Source: Paludibacter sp.
Lineage (GTDB): Bacteria > Bacteroidota > Bacteroidia > Bacteroidales > Paludibacteraceae
DNA length: 64,000 nt
Reading direction: 5' to 3'
Assembly: GCA_034002585.1 (NCBI GenBank)
Contig: JAVFAG010000001.1
Span: 25,202 to 89,201 of the forward strand
The notes beneath the pieces are model-generated. The model saw only the letters and a list, made by a program, of their open reading frames with translations, was not told the origin of the DNA and ran no database searches. How positions within the stretch are numbered: the first letter of the stretch is position 1; each line of letters begins with the position of its first letter. Made by a program: the position numbers and the translations under genes. Positions 18,465 through 28,080 of the stretch are shown here, in pieces.

Positions 18465-20638
18465 ATCTAGTGTCATTCATTAAGCTTCTCTATTCGAAGC
18501 TTTTATACATCATATTGATTCCCCTGATATTCGGGTTTATTACTTACCTGATTACGAAGGACCTCCCCGAGAGATACACCTCCACGGCCACGCTTTTCAC
18601 AGGGATAACTTCCAATACAGGTTTGGAAATGCTGGGTACACGTATTGACAATGTGCAGACTCTGAACGAGTACAACAACGTTTTGAGTATTATCAAATCA
18701 CGTTCACTGGCCGAAGAAACCGGTCTGCGCTTACTTGCTCAACACCTTATGCAGGATGCACCAAGCGGACTGATTATCAATGAAGAAGCCTTTAACGAAT
18801 TGATGGAAGAAACCCCTGCTGATGTAAAAAGGCTTATAATTAAGGGGGATATGGAAAAAAGTTACCACAATCTAAAACACAACGTTACTCATGATAAAAA
18901 CGGCTATCTCTATAAATTACTGAACGAAGACCATCCACATTACAGTGTGGAAGGTATCAGTAAACTGAGTGCCGAACGCATCGGGGCATCCGACCTTATC
19001 AAACTCTCCTATGATTCGGATGATCCGGCAATAGCGTACAACACCATTAAATTTGCTACTGAAATTTTCAACAACAAATACATTGTTCTGAAAAAGAATC
19101 AATCGAGTAATGCCATTGCCTATTTCCAACGTAAATTACGCGAACTGGCTGCGCAACTACAGGTCGCAGAGCAAAAACTCCTTGAATACAACATTGCCAA
19201 CAACATTATCAATTACGATGAGCAAACCGAACAGATAACCACGCAACAGGAAAAAATTGAACTTCGCCTCCAGGATGTAAAAATGGAATACGAAGCAGCC
19301 GGTGCAGTAATTCAGAAACTGGAAGATGAGATTGAAGCCCGTTACAAAATAAATTTACAAAACAGGCAGATTTTTGATCTTCGCAAACAACTCGTAAAAG
19401 CAAATAACGAAATTGCTCAGTTGCAGGTGTATGAGGATGCTGAGAATCCTAACAAAATGAAGGATTTGATACTGCAGCGGGCTCAACTGGAACGCAGGCT
19501 TAAGAACAATGTGGATTCGATTTATTTAATCGACAGTAAGACCTATGGACTTGATTTCCAACGCATGATGTCGGAATGGCTGACAGCCATTACCAATTAT
19601 GAATCGAATGCTGCCTACTATAAGTCGATGCTCGAGCGTCACCGCGAGTTTATGAGTCAGTACAAGGAACTGGCACCTGTAGGTGCTACCATCAAACGTT
19701 ACGAACGGGAAATCAACGTAATTGAAAACGAATACCTGAACGTACTTAACAACCTGAATGTGGCCTTGCAGAAAGAACAGAACATGGAAATGGTTACCGA
19801 TATGAAAATGATGGATGAGGCTACACTACCCCTCATTCCAAATCCATCACGCTATCCCTTGTACATTCTTATTGTAATGTTATTCTCGCTGATATTTTAC
19901 ATAGCTGCCTTACTGATTATTGAAATTCTCGACATGCGTATTAAAACAACCAATAATCTTCAGACCCTTACCGAGCTGGAAGTTCTTGGTGCTTATTGTC
20001 CTGAATCGGAAAATTATCCTCCTGCAGCCGAACACATTAACAAACGAACCGCGGTATTTATCTTCGAGAAAATCCGTGAATTGGCATCATCCAGCTCTCA
20101 GCCAATGGTTATTCAAGTTCTTAGCGTTTGGGATCAGGCGGGAAAAAGTGATGTTGCTAACCTGATTTATAAAGAATTAAAGGAAAGAAGCTGGAATGTC
20201 AAGATATTTAATTTTGCAGCTGTTGCTTCTGCCGATAAAGATTCGGGTGTAAAGGAAGACCCAAGTGATCCTTATTCACTAACTTACAGGTACCGCAATT
20301 CCGATAGTTATGATGAGTTGTTCAGTTATCTACGTGCAAAGCCAGAGGTTATTATAAGCATCCTGCCATCTGTCAGCCATGGTATCGACAACTCGGTAAT
20401 TATTAAATCGGCTGATCTCAGTATTATTGCGTTCGATAGTTTATTGACCTGGCATGAAGCCGAAAGTTTGCACATAAATAAATTAAAGCAATTAATCGGG
20501 CAGAACCTCTATCCGGTTTTAACTAACGGCAGGGTTGAATACCTGGAAGATATGTACGGAGAGATTCCGAAAGACCGTTCCTATTTACGCAAACAACTCA
20601 AAAAATCATTGACACGTTTTGCCGGTCGTTCGAAGTAA
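18461..20638 (+). CDS. Polysaccharide co-polymerase (GumC/Wzc-like) with degenerate P-loop domain
   Basis: N-terminal TM, YTSTATLFTG, long periplasmic coiled coil, P-rich motif before second TM, C-terminal VLSVWDQAGKS; ATGA overlap with upstream gene. Confidence 0.85.
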   Translation: MNLVSFIKLLYSKLLYIILIPLIFGFITYLITKDLPERYTSTATLFTGITSNTGLEMLGTRIDNVQTLNEYNNVLSIIKSRSLAEETGLRLLAQHLMQDAPSGLIINEEAFNELMEETPADVKRLIIKGDMEKSYHNLKHNVTHDKNGYLYKLLNEDHPHYSVEGISKLSAERIGASDLIKLSYDSDDPAIAYNTIKFATEIFNNKYIVLKKNQSSNAIAYFQRKLRELAAQLQVAEQKLLEYNIANNIINYDEQTEQITTQQEKIELRLQDVKMEYEAAGAVIQKLEDEIEARYKINLQNRQIFDLRKQLVKANNEIAQLQVYEDAENPNKMKDLILQRAQLERRLKNNVDSIYLIDSKTYGLDFQRMMSEWLTAITNYESNAAYYKSMLERHREFMSQYKELAPVGATIKRYEREINVIENEYLNVLNNLNVALQKEQNMEMVTDMKMMDEATLPLIPNPSRYPLYILIVMLFSLIFYIAALLIIEILDMRIKTTNNLQTLTELEVLGAYCPESENYPPAAEHINKRTAVFIFEKIRELASSSSQPMVIQVLSVWDQAGKSDVANLIYKELKERSWNVKIFNFAAVASADKDSGVKEDPSDPYSLTYRYRNSDSYDELFSYLRAKPEVIISILPSVSHGIDNSVIIKSADLSIIAFDSLLTWHEAESLHINKLKQLIGQNLYPVLTNGRVEYLEDMYGEIPKDRSYLRKQLKKSLTRFAGRSK

Positions 20639-20657
20639 ACTTTGATTCGGGAAAATC

Positions 20658-22112
20658 ATGCAAACAGCAAAAACTGGATTCAGAAGTAATGCTCATACTC
20701 TACTTAGCGTAATTGTACTGGGCTTTTTCCTGTTGCTTATCCTCATATCGCTGTTCTTTTTTGCAGATAACAACATCCGTCTGGGATTGCTCACCATTGT
20801 TTCGCCAATGCTCTTTGTAGTGGTTATTGCCATTTTGGTTAAACCTCGAATAGGCATTCTGGCTGTTTTGGCCGCAAACTATTTTTCAATCGGATTGTCG
20901 CGTTACGTCAGTTTACCTACCGGCCTTATGGTTGATGGGTTTCTCGTTATTACACTTGCCAGCCTTTTCTTTAGTCAGCTCAATTCAAGGGTATCCTGGA
21001 AAGATGCAGCACATGACCTTACATACCTGGTAAGTTTCTGGATGTTCATGACGGCCCTTCAGCTAATTAACCCTGAAACTGTGAGTCGTACTGCCTGGAT
21101 TTACGCGATGCGAAGTATGGCATTTTATTCAGCTATTATTGTACCGATTGTGTACATTATCTATAATAAGCCCAAAGAGATGATGTTCTACATCAACCTT
21201 ACAGGCTGGTTTACCTTATTTGCCATAGCAAAAGGATTGCAACAGAAATTTATCGGCCCCGACCCCTGGGAGCAACGCTGGCTCGAAATCCCCGGTAATC
21301 AGTCAACACACGTACTTTTTGGTGTAATTCGTATATTCTCGTTTTTTTCCGATGCCGGAACCTATGGGGGAATGATGGCTTATTTTGGTGTAGTTTACCT
21401 GATATTAGCTATCCACCTGAAAGTAAGTGCCAAACAAAAACTATTTTTCTGGATACTTGCATTAGGTTCATTTTATGCGATGGCTATTTCAGGAACACGA
21501 AGCGCATTGGCAGTTGCTTTCGTTGGTTTCTTTGTGTATGCCTTTCTTACCAAAAACTTCCGGGCCATGTTTTTTACCGGGATATTCCTGTTGGGTGCAA
21601 TTTTTATTCTCAAGTATACCACCATCGGTGAAGCGTACTACGAAATCCGGCGCATGCGTACCATTTTCGTGACCGATGAGCCATCGCTGAAAGTACGCGA
21701 AGAAAACAGAGCTTTATTCAGCAAATATCTCGAATCCAGACCATTCGGCGGTGGAGTGGGGTCTGCCGGAAACTGGGGGTTGCGTTTTACACCGGGAACT
21801 TTCCTTGCTCAAACGCCAACGGATGGATGGTTTATTCAGATTTGGGTAGAACAGGGTATCGTAGGGCTTATTTTCTACATTTTGATGCTGGCCTATATTG
21901 CTATAAAAGCGGGGTTTATCATTTTATTCCGACTCACCGATAACAACTTAAGATTTGTCGGAGTTGCCTTTTTAAGCGGCGCCTTTGGGATGTTTATATC
22001 CTCTTATACAGCATCCACACTGGGTCAGATGCCAGGTACCATTATGTTCTTTATGAACATGTGCTATATCTTTCTCATGCCTGAATGGCAAAAAAATAAA
22101 TTAACCATATGA
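20658..22112 (+). CDS. Wzy polymerase / O-antigen ligase family membrane protein
   Basis: About 12 TM segments, ISGTRSA, RPFGGGVG, TDGWFIQIWVEQGIVG. Confidence 0.85.
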   Translation: MQTAKTGFRSNAHTLLSVIVLGFFLLLILISLFFFADNNIRLGLLTIVSPMLFVVVIAILVKPRIGILAVLAANYFSIGLSRYVSLPTGLMVDGFLVITLASLFFSQLNSRVSWKDAAHDLTYLVSFWMFMTALQLINPETVSRTAWIYAMRSMAFYSAIIVPIVYIIYNKPKEMMFYINLTGWFTLFAIAKGLQQKFIGPDPWEQRWLEIPGNQSTHVLFGVIRIFSFFSDAGTYGGMMAYFGVVYLILAIHLKVSAKQKLFFWILALGSFYAMAISGTRSALAVAFVGFFVYAFLTKNFRAMFFTGIFLLGAIFILKYTTIGEAYYEIRRMRTIFVTDEPSLKVREENRALFSKYLESRPFGGGVGSAGNWGLRFTPGTFLAQTPTDGWFIQIWVEQGIVGLIFYILMLAYIAIKAGFIILFRLTDNNLRFVGVAFLSGAFGMFISSYTASTLGQMPGTIMFFMNMCYIFLMPEWQKNKLTI

Positions 22113-23470
22113 GTCGATTTGGAAATTTAATCCGTACGTCAAGTAACCTGCACTCCCTGTTGGGAAATCTGGTTTTTGCAGGTTTTAGTATGGTATTGTT
22201 TCTAATTCTGGCACGTTACACCGACAAAGAACTCTATGGCCGATGGGTGATTTTTATTACTGCGCTGGGCCTGCTGGATATGTTTCGTGTCGGTCTCACC
22301 GGCACAGGTGCTATTCGTTCTATTTCGATAACAGATGGTCATGAGCAGGAGGTAGTTGTTGGAACATCGTATAATCTTAGTATTATAACCACTCTTGTAG
22401 TAAGTGCATTTTTTTTACCAGCTTTTTTCATCCTTCAGCCCTATGCTGACGACAATTATTATTTACCGGTACTGTTGTTTTATCCTGTTTGTGCCTTCGC
22501 CAGTCTGCCCCATATGCAGGCAACCAACTACGGCCAGGGCATATTAAACTTCCGTAATGTGATGATTATCCGGGGTGCCGTGGGTTTTTTCAATCTGCTC
22601 TTCATCGGACTCTATATTTATTATTACGACGAAACCCTTACTGGTATAATTTTGATGTATAGCCTGTCGGACCTTGTAGTATCTTTATTTACAATGGTGA
22701 TGCGGTGGGATGGTCTTCGTTACCTGCGTCATATGAAAAAAGAGGTGCTGAAAAATCTACTGAGGTTTGGAAAATACTCAACAGCAACCAGCATTGGAAG
22801 TAGTTTGTTGCGAAGCAGCGATACTTTTATTATCAGTTTATCTGCAGTAATGGGAGCTCAGGCGGTTGCAATCTATGCTATACCTATGAAATTTGTAGAA
22901 TTAATAGAAATACCATTGAGAAGTTTTGCAGCTACAGCATTTCCTAAATTATCAGCTGGTTTTCAGGATACAACTAATCGCTTTGCAAGGGATTTTAGTG
23001 TTTACCTGGGCTATTCAGTTGTATTTTTAATACCTGTATTTTTAATAATTCCCTTCACTGCCGAGTGGATATTGTTGTTTTTTGGAGGAAATCAATATAT
23101 GGACGCCTTGGATACGCAAAAAAATATTCTGTTTATCATCGCATTTTATATTCTACTTTTACCTTTCGACCGCTTTATCGGTGTGGGATTGATGGCAATT
23201 GATAAACCGGAACTGAATTTTTACAAATTGCTCATTATGTTGGTATGCAACATAGGATTTAACTTACTGGCTGTTTTTGTTTTTCAATCGCTGGAAATGG
23301 TAGCACTGGCCACCATTCTGTTTACTGCAACAGGTATTCTGACCGGATGGAACATGCTGGCCCAACACAGTAAAATTTCTTTTTCTGAAACATTCCGATT
23401 ACTTTTACTAAATTTGCGGGAACAACAAACCAGGTTGCTTTCCCGATTGTATAACCATCGTAATCAGTAG
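22109..23470 (+). CDS. Oligosaccharide flippase (Wzx-like, MOP superfamily)
   Basis: Polytopic membrane protein; LARY..YGRW, LLRFGKY, SDTFII..AVAIYA; sits within a polysaccharide locus. Confidence 0.82.
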   Translation: MSRFGNLIRTSSNLHSLLGNLVFAGFSMVLFLILARYTDKELYGRWVIFITALGLLDMFRVGLTGTGAIRSISITDGHEQEVVVGTSYNLSIITTLVVSAFFLPAFFILQPYADDNYYLPVLLFYPVCAFASLPHMQATNYGQGILNFRNVMIIRGAVGFFNLLFIGLYIYYYDETLTGIILMYSLSDLVVSLFTMVMRWDGLRYLRHMKKEVLKNLLRFGKYSTATSIGSSLLRSSDTFIISLSAVMGAQAVAIYAIPMKFVELIEIPLRSFAATAFPKLSAGFQDTTNRFARDFSVYLGYSVVFLIPVFLIIPFTAEWILLFFGGNQYMDALDTQKNILFIIAFYILLLPFDRFIGVGLMAIDKPELNFYKLLIMLVCNIGFNLLAVFVFQSLEMVALATILFTATGILTGWNMLAQHSKISFSETFRLLLLNLREQQTRLLSRLYNHRNQ

Positions 23471-23476
23471 AACATC

Positions 23477-24625
23477 ATGACAATCGGCATTGAAGGACAA
23501 CGACTTTTTCGTGTTAAGAAACACGGTATGGACATCGTAGCGCTGGAGTTGATTCGTCGGCTGACAAAGTTCGACATTGACAACCAGTACGTTATCTTTG
23601 TTAAAGACGATGATGATAAGACTTGTCTGGATGAGAGCCCAAATGTAAAAATCTGCATCCTGCCTGCCGCTCCCTACCCTGTCTGGGAACAAGTACTTCT
23701 TCCTCAGGCAGCACAACGTGAAAAGTGCGATATCCTGCACTGTACAAGCAATACAGCTCCCCTGTTTTCAAACATACCTATTATAACGACTCTACACGAC
23801 ATAATTTACCTTGAAAAAATAAGCATCCTTTCATCACAGGGAAGCCATTATCAACGGATGGGAAATATGTACCGACGGTTTATTGTTCCCGGTGTGGCGC
23901 GTAAAAGTAAACGAATTGTAACTGTATCCGAGTTTGAAAAAGTTAATATTGAACGGGTATTGGGATATAGTGATAAACTTCGTGTAATTCACAATGGTGT
24001 GGGAAGTCATTTCGTAAAAATAACTGATTTTGATGTTTTGAACGCTGCCCGTAAAAAATACCATCTTCCTGAACGATTCATCTTTTTCCTTGGGAATACG
24101 GATCCAAAAAAGAATACCATCAATGTACTAAAAGCATTTGCAGAGTATCAGTTGAAACACAACGACGACTTATGGCTGGTAATGCCCGATTATGAAGAAT
24201 CTGTCTTACAGGAGATGTTGAGTAGAACAGTGAAGCCCGACGTACGTGATAAAATCCGTACAACCGGATATGTACCTAATACTGAACTTCCGGCCATTAT
24301 CAATCAATGTACCATGATGTTGTATCCATCCCTGCGTGAAAGTTTTGGCATTCCTATCCTGGAAGGAATGGCCTGCGGAGTACCGGTAATAACGTCGAAT
24401 ACCTCATCGATGCCTGAAATTGCCGGTGACGCTGCATTGCTTGTCGACCCTACATCGACAGAAGCTATACTTGAGGCTGTTGAGAAAGTAATGGATGACC
24501 CTGTTCTTGCTTCAACACTCAGCGAAAAGGGGCTACAGCGTGCTACTGTTTTCTCCTGGGATCACATGGCCGAAAACTATATTAAATTGTACCGGGAAGT
24601 ATATGCCGAAATCCTGAACAACTAA
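23477..24625 (+). CDS. Glycosyltransferase family 4
   Basis: TLHD, TVSEF, GNTDPKKN, YPSLRESFGIPILEGMACG (EX7E motif). Confidence 0.93.
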   Translation: MTIGIEGQRLFRVKKHGMDIVALELIRRLTKFDIDNQYVIFVKDDDDKTCLDESPNVKICILPAAPYPVWEQVLLPQAAQREKCDILHCTSNTAPLFSNIPIITTLHDIIYLEKISILSSQGSHYQRMGNMYRRFIVPGVARKSKRIVTVSEFEKVNIERVLGYSDKLRVIHNGVGSHFVKITDFDVLNAARKKYHLPERFIFFLGNTDPKKNTINVLKAFAEYQLKHNDDLWLVMPDYEESVLQEMLSRTVKPDVRDKIRTTGYVPNTELPAIINQCTMMLYPSLRESFGIPILEGMACGVPVITSNTSSMPEIAGDAALLVDPTSTEAILEAVEKVMDDPVLASTLSEKGLQRATVFSWDHMAENYIKLYREVYAEILNN

Positions 24626-24648
24626 TCTGCGTAACAAAATGCTTTACC

Positions 24649-25359
24649 ATGAATACATTCAATTATAGAAATGTCAACGATTTAAACAACCTGATTTTAA
24701 GAAAACTCAGTTTATTTTCTCGTGATTTTGATCTGATTGTCGGTTTGCCCGAAAGTGGATTAATACCGGCTAACCTGCTGGCTTTGTATCTCAACCGACC
24801 CTTTACCGATCTACATTCGTTTCTAAACGGACATATTTACAAGGCGGGTGAACGGGGAAGTTTTTTTGCTAATGTTCAGTATAAGCGCGTGCTGGTTATC
24901 GACGACGTAATGCGTCATGGTGTAACAATGGCAAAGGCTCGTGAACGCCTTTCTGACATGAACGATCGTTTTGAATTCAGTTATTGTGTTGTTTACATGC
25001 TTGACGGTAATCAGGAAAAAGTAGATCTGTTTCTGGAAACAATCGAAGAGCCAGCCTTCATGCAATGGCACTTAATACGGGATGGGATTCGCGAAAAAAC
25101 GGTTTTCAATAAACAATCATCTCCTGTTTATTGTGACGACCCCAATTACCCTTTTTTGCTGGCTCCCAATAGCATTCAGGCTACAGCTACTTTCAGGAAA
25201 ACAGGAAAGGCCGTGTTATCGCTCTCCGACTTTGACCTCGTCGATAGTGTCGACAGTATGTGGAGCGATTTACGAAGTGGCAGGTTTTTACCGGGCATTA
25301 AACAAGCTGTTGTTCAACTCAGAAATACATTTAAACGATTTCGTAAAAAAATGAACTAA
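24649..25359 (+). CDS. Phosphoribosyltransferase-fold protein, apparently degenerate or shortened
   Basis: DLIVGLPESGLIPANLL and VLVIDDVMRHGVTM (PRPP-loop-like). Confidence 0.65.
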   Translation: MNTFNYRNVNDLNNLILRKLSLFSRDFDLIVGLPESGLIPANLLALYLNRPFTDLHSFLNGHIYKAGERGSFFANVQYKRVLVIDDVMRHGVTMAKARERLSDMNDRFEFSYCVVYMLDGNQEKVDLFLETIEEPAFMQWHLIRDGIREKTVFNKQSSPVYCDDPNYPFLLAPNSIQATATFRKTGKAVLSLSDFDLVDSVDSMWSDLRSGRFLPGIKQAVVQLRNTFKRFRKKMN

Positions 25360-25361
25360 TT

Positions 25362-26552
25362 ATGAGCGCATTAGAAATCATCTTTTGGATCATTGCTTTT
25401 GGTATTGTGTATACGTATCTGGGTTACGGATTGGTGCTGTACCTGATGGTACGCATTAAACGACTCTTTATAAAACGGGTAATTCCTGAATTAAGCGACG
25501 ATGAATTACCGGAGATTACCCTTTTGGTTGCTGCATACAATGAATACGATTATGTGGATGAAAAAATGCAGAATACCCTGGCTATGAATTATCCGGCTCA
25601 AAAACTTCATTTGATGTGGGTAACCGATGGATCCGACGATGGCACACCGGAGTTGATTCGCGAACGGTATCCTCAGGTTGAAGTACTGCATCAACCGGAG
25701 CGCAGAGGGAAAATTGCGGCCATGAACCGCGCTGTAAAGTTTGTTAAAACTCCCATTATTGTATTTTCGGATGCTAATACTGTAATTGGTACCGATTCAT
25801 TGCGTCGTATAGCGGCACTTTTCAGCAAACCGGATGTGGGCTGTGTTTCAGGAGAAAAGCGTATTCTGAATGAAGAAAAGGCAGCTGCATCATCGGCCGG
25901 TGAAGGTATTTACTGGAAATATGAATCGACACTGAAACGTTGGGATGCGGAGTTATACTCGGCTGTTGGCGCTGCCGGAGAACTGTTTGCTGTCCGCACA
26001 GAACTATTCAACGAAGTTGAACCCGATACCCTGCTTGATGATTTCATTATCTCCCTGCGTATTGCGATGAAAGGGTACCGCATAGAATATGATCCCGATG
26101 CGTATGCTGCTGAATGGGCTTCGGCGTCCATCGCTGAAGAACTAAAACGAAAAATCCGCATTGCTGCCGGTGGTATTCAATCGGTGGTGCGGTTGTATCC
26201 CCTACTCAACATTTTCAAATACGGAATTCTGTCGTTTCAGTATATTTCGCACCGGGTGCTCCGATGGGCTGTAACGCCCTTCCTTCTTCCTCTGGCATTG
26301 ATTATCAATATCCTTCTCGCTCCTGATAGCATATTGTATTCCATCATGCTTATTTTACAGGGACTCTTTTATTTGGGTGGATTCGTTGGACAACAACTGG
26401 AACACCGAAAGCTGAAAGTGAAAATATTTTTCATTCCCTACTATTTTTTATTCATGAATTACGCTGTATTTTTAGGATTTTTCAGATATTTGCGGAATCA
26501 ACAAAGTGTAAACTGGGAACGGGCCCGGCGCATGGAACAGAAAAAACATTAA
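25362..26552 (+). CDS. Glycosyltransferase family 2, membrane-anchored (PgaC/IcaA-like)
   Basis: VAAYNE, TDGSDD, FSDAN, LLDDF, E..RKIRIAAG, C-terminal TM segments. Confidence 0.9.
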   Translation: MSALEIIFWIIAFGIVYTYLGYGLVLYLMVRIKRLFIKRVIPELSDDELPEITLLVAAYNEYDYVDEKMQNTLAMNYPAQKLHLMWVTDGSDDGTPELIRERYPQVEVLHQPERRGKIAAMNRAVKFVKTPIIVFSDANTVIGTDSLRRIAALFSKPDVGCVSGEKRILNEEKAAASSAGEGIYWKYESTLKRWDAELYSAVGAAGELFAVRTELFNEVEPDTLLDDFIISLRIAMKGYRIEYDPDAYAAEWASASIAEELKRKIRIAAGGIQSVVRLYPLLNIFKYGILSFQYISHRVLRWAVTPFLLPLALIINILLAPDSILYSIMLILQGLFYLGGFVGQQLEHRKLKVKIFFIPYYFLFMNYAVFLGFFRYLRNQQSVNWERARRMEQKKH

Positions 26553-26561
26553 ATCAATTGT

Positions 26562-27512
26562 ATGAAACGTATTCTTATCACCGGTGGTGCCGGTTTTATT
26601 GGTTCACATTTGTGTGAACGAATGCTGAACGAGGGCAATGAAGTAATCTGTCTGGATAATTTCTTTACAGGTAGAAGAAAAAATGTAGAACACCTGTTGC
26701 AACACCCCGGTTTTGAATTGGTACGGCACGATGTAACCTCGCCTTATCTGGCCGAAGTGGATGAGATTTTCAACCTTGCCTGTCCTGCTTCTCCGGTACA
26801 TTATCAGTACAATCCCATAAAGACCTCCAAAACCTCGATTATGGGTGCAATCAACATGCTCGGACTGGCCAAACGCGTTAAAGCACGCATATTACAGGCA
26901 TCGACCAGCGAAGTGTATGGCGACCCGGAAGTGCATCCTCAACCCGAGGCTTACTGGGGCAATGTGAATCCAATAGGTATCCGTTCGTGTTACGACGAGG
27001 GGAAACGGTGTGCCGAAACCTTATTTATGGACTACTACCGCCAACATAAGATACGCATTAAAATTATCCGTATTTTCAACACCTATGGCCCTAATATGCA
27101 TCCAAACGATGGTCGCGTAGTCTCCAATTTCATCATGCAGGCGCTTCGTGGTGAAGACATTACCATTTTTGGATCGGGAAATCAAACCCGCAGTTTCCAG
27201 TATGTCGACGACCTGATTGAAGGAATGGTGCGCATGATTAACACTCCCGATGAATTTATTGGTCCGGTAAATATCGGAAACCCCAATGAGTTCACGATGC
27301 TGGAGCTGGCTGAGAAAGTAATTGAGCTTACCGGTTCTTCGTCTAAAATGATCTTCAAACCGCTTCCATCAGATGATCCACGGCAGCGCAGGCCCGACAT
27401 ATCGCTGGCCCACGAGGCGCTGGGAGGCTGGCAACCCACCATACAACTGGAAGAAGGATTAAAGCGTACAATTCGCTATTTTGAAGGTGAACTGAGCAGC
27501 GGGAGAGTATAA
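26562..27512 (+). CDS. uxs: UDP-glucuronate decarboxylase (UDP-xylose synthase)
   Basis: [51 protein letters not shown]. Confidence 0.93.
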   Translation: MKRILITGGAGFIGSHLCERMLNEGNEVICLDNFFTGRRKNVEHLLQHPGFELVRHDVTSPYLAEVDEIFNLACPASPVHYQYNPIKTSKTSIMGAINMLGLAKRVKARILQASTSEVYGDPEVHPQPEAYWGNVNPIGIRSCYDEGKRCAETLFMDYYRQHKIRIKIIRIFNTYGPNMHPNDGRVVSNFIMQALRGEDITIFGSGNQTRSFQYVDDLIEGMVRMINTPDEFIGPVNIGNPNEFTMLELAEKVIELTGSSSKMIFKPLPSDDPRQRRPDISLAHEALGGWQPTIQLEEGLKRTIRYFEGELSSGRV

Positions 27513-27532
27513 GCTTTTACAATATATACACA

Positions 27533-28075
27533 TTATTCCGGCAGCTCTACCGACATTGGGGCCAGATTGGCCTTCCTGCAATTGGTAAGTCCGCGATCGA
27601 TAAGCACGTTCAATTCGTAAATCAGATTCTTGTAATCCGAACGTAAGCCACAGTAATACAGCTCTGTAAGTGGTTCTTCATCCAGAATCATCAGACTCAT
27701 TTCGTAAATATTGGGAGGAGTTTCCAATTTGCTGTACTCTTCGTAGCTCATATTCAGAAATGCCACATTTTCATTGATACCCCTGTTATCGAGCATAAAG
27801 CCCTTACGCAGTTTAACGGGTTTCATCAACTGATCGCCCTGACGAAGATCAGAAGGATCGGGATAGGAAACGATTCGTGTACGTGCCTCATTCATTATCA
27901 CCGGCACCATATTCAGATAATCGCCCCTGGTTTTGTAAATTACGGCTGGAGCTGATGGCATCCAGGCGGTAAGAAACTCTCCGGTTGTAGTGTCAGCCGG
28001 AGTTTTTGTCGCTTTACAGGATGAAAAAGTTGCCATCACAAAAAGCGTGATTAATACTATGTTGATAGTTTTCAT
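27533..28075 (-). CDS. Conserved hypothetical lipoprotein
   Basis: Lipobox TFSS-C; starts 5 nt downstream of the C10 protease gene on the same strand. Confidence 0.75.
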   Translation of the reverse strand: MKTINIVLITLFVMATFSSCKATKTPADTTTGEFLTAWMPSAPAVIYKTRGDYLNMVPVIMNEARTRIVSYPDPSDLRQGDQLMKPVKLRKGFMLDNRGINENVAFLNMSYEEYSKLETPPNIYEMSLMILDEEPLTELYYCGLRSDYKNLIYELNVLIDRGLTNCRKANLAPMSVELPE

Positions 28076-28080
28076 AGCTG

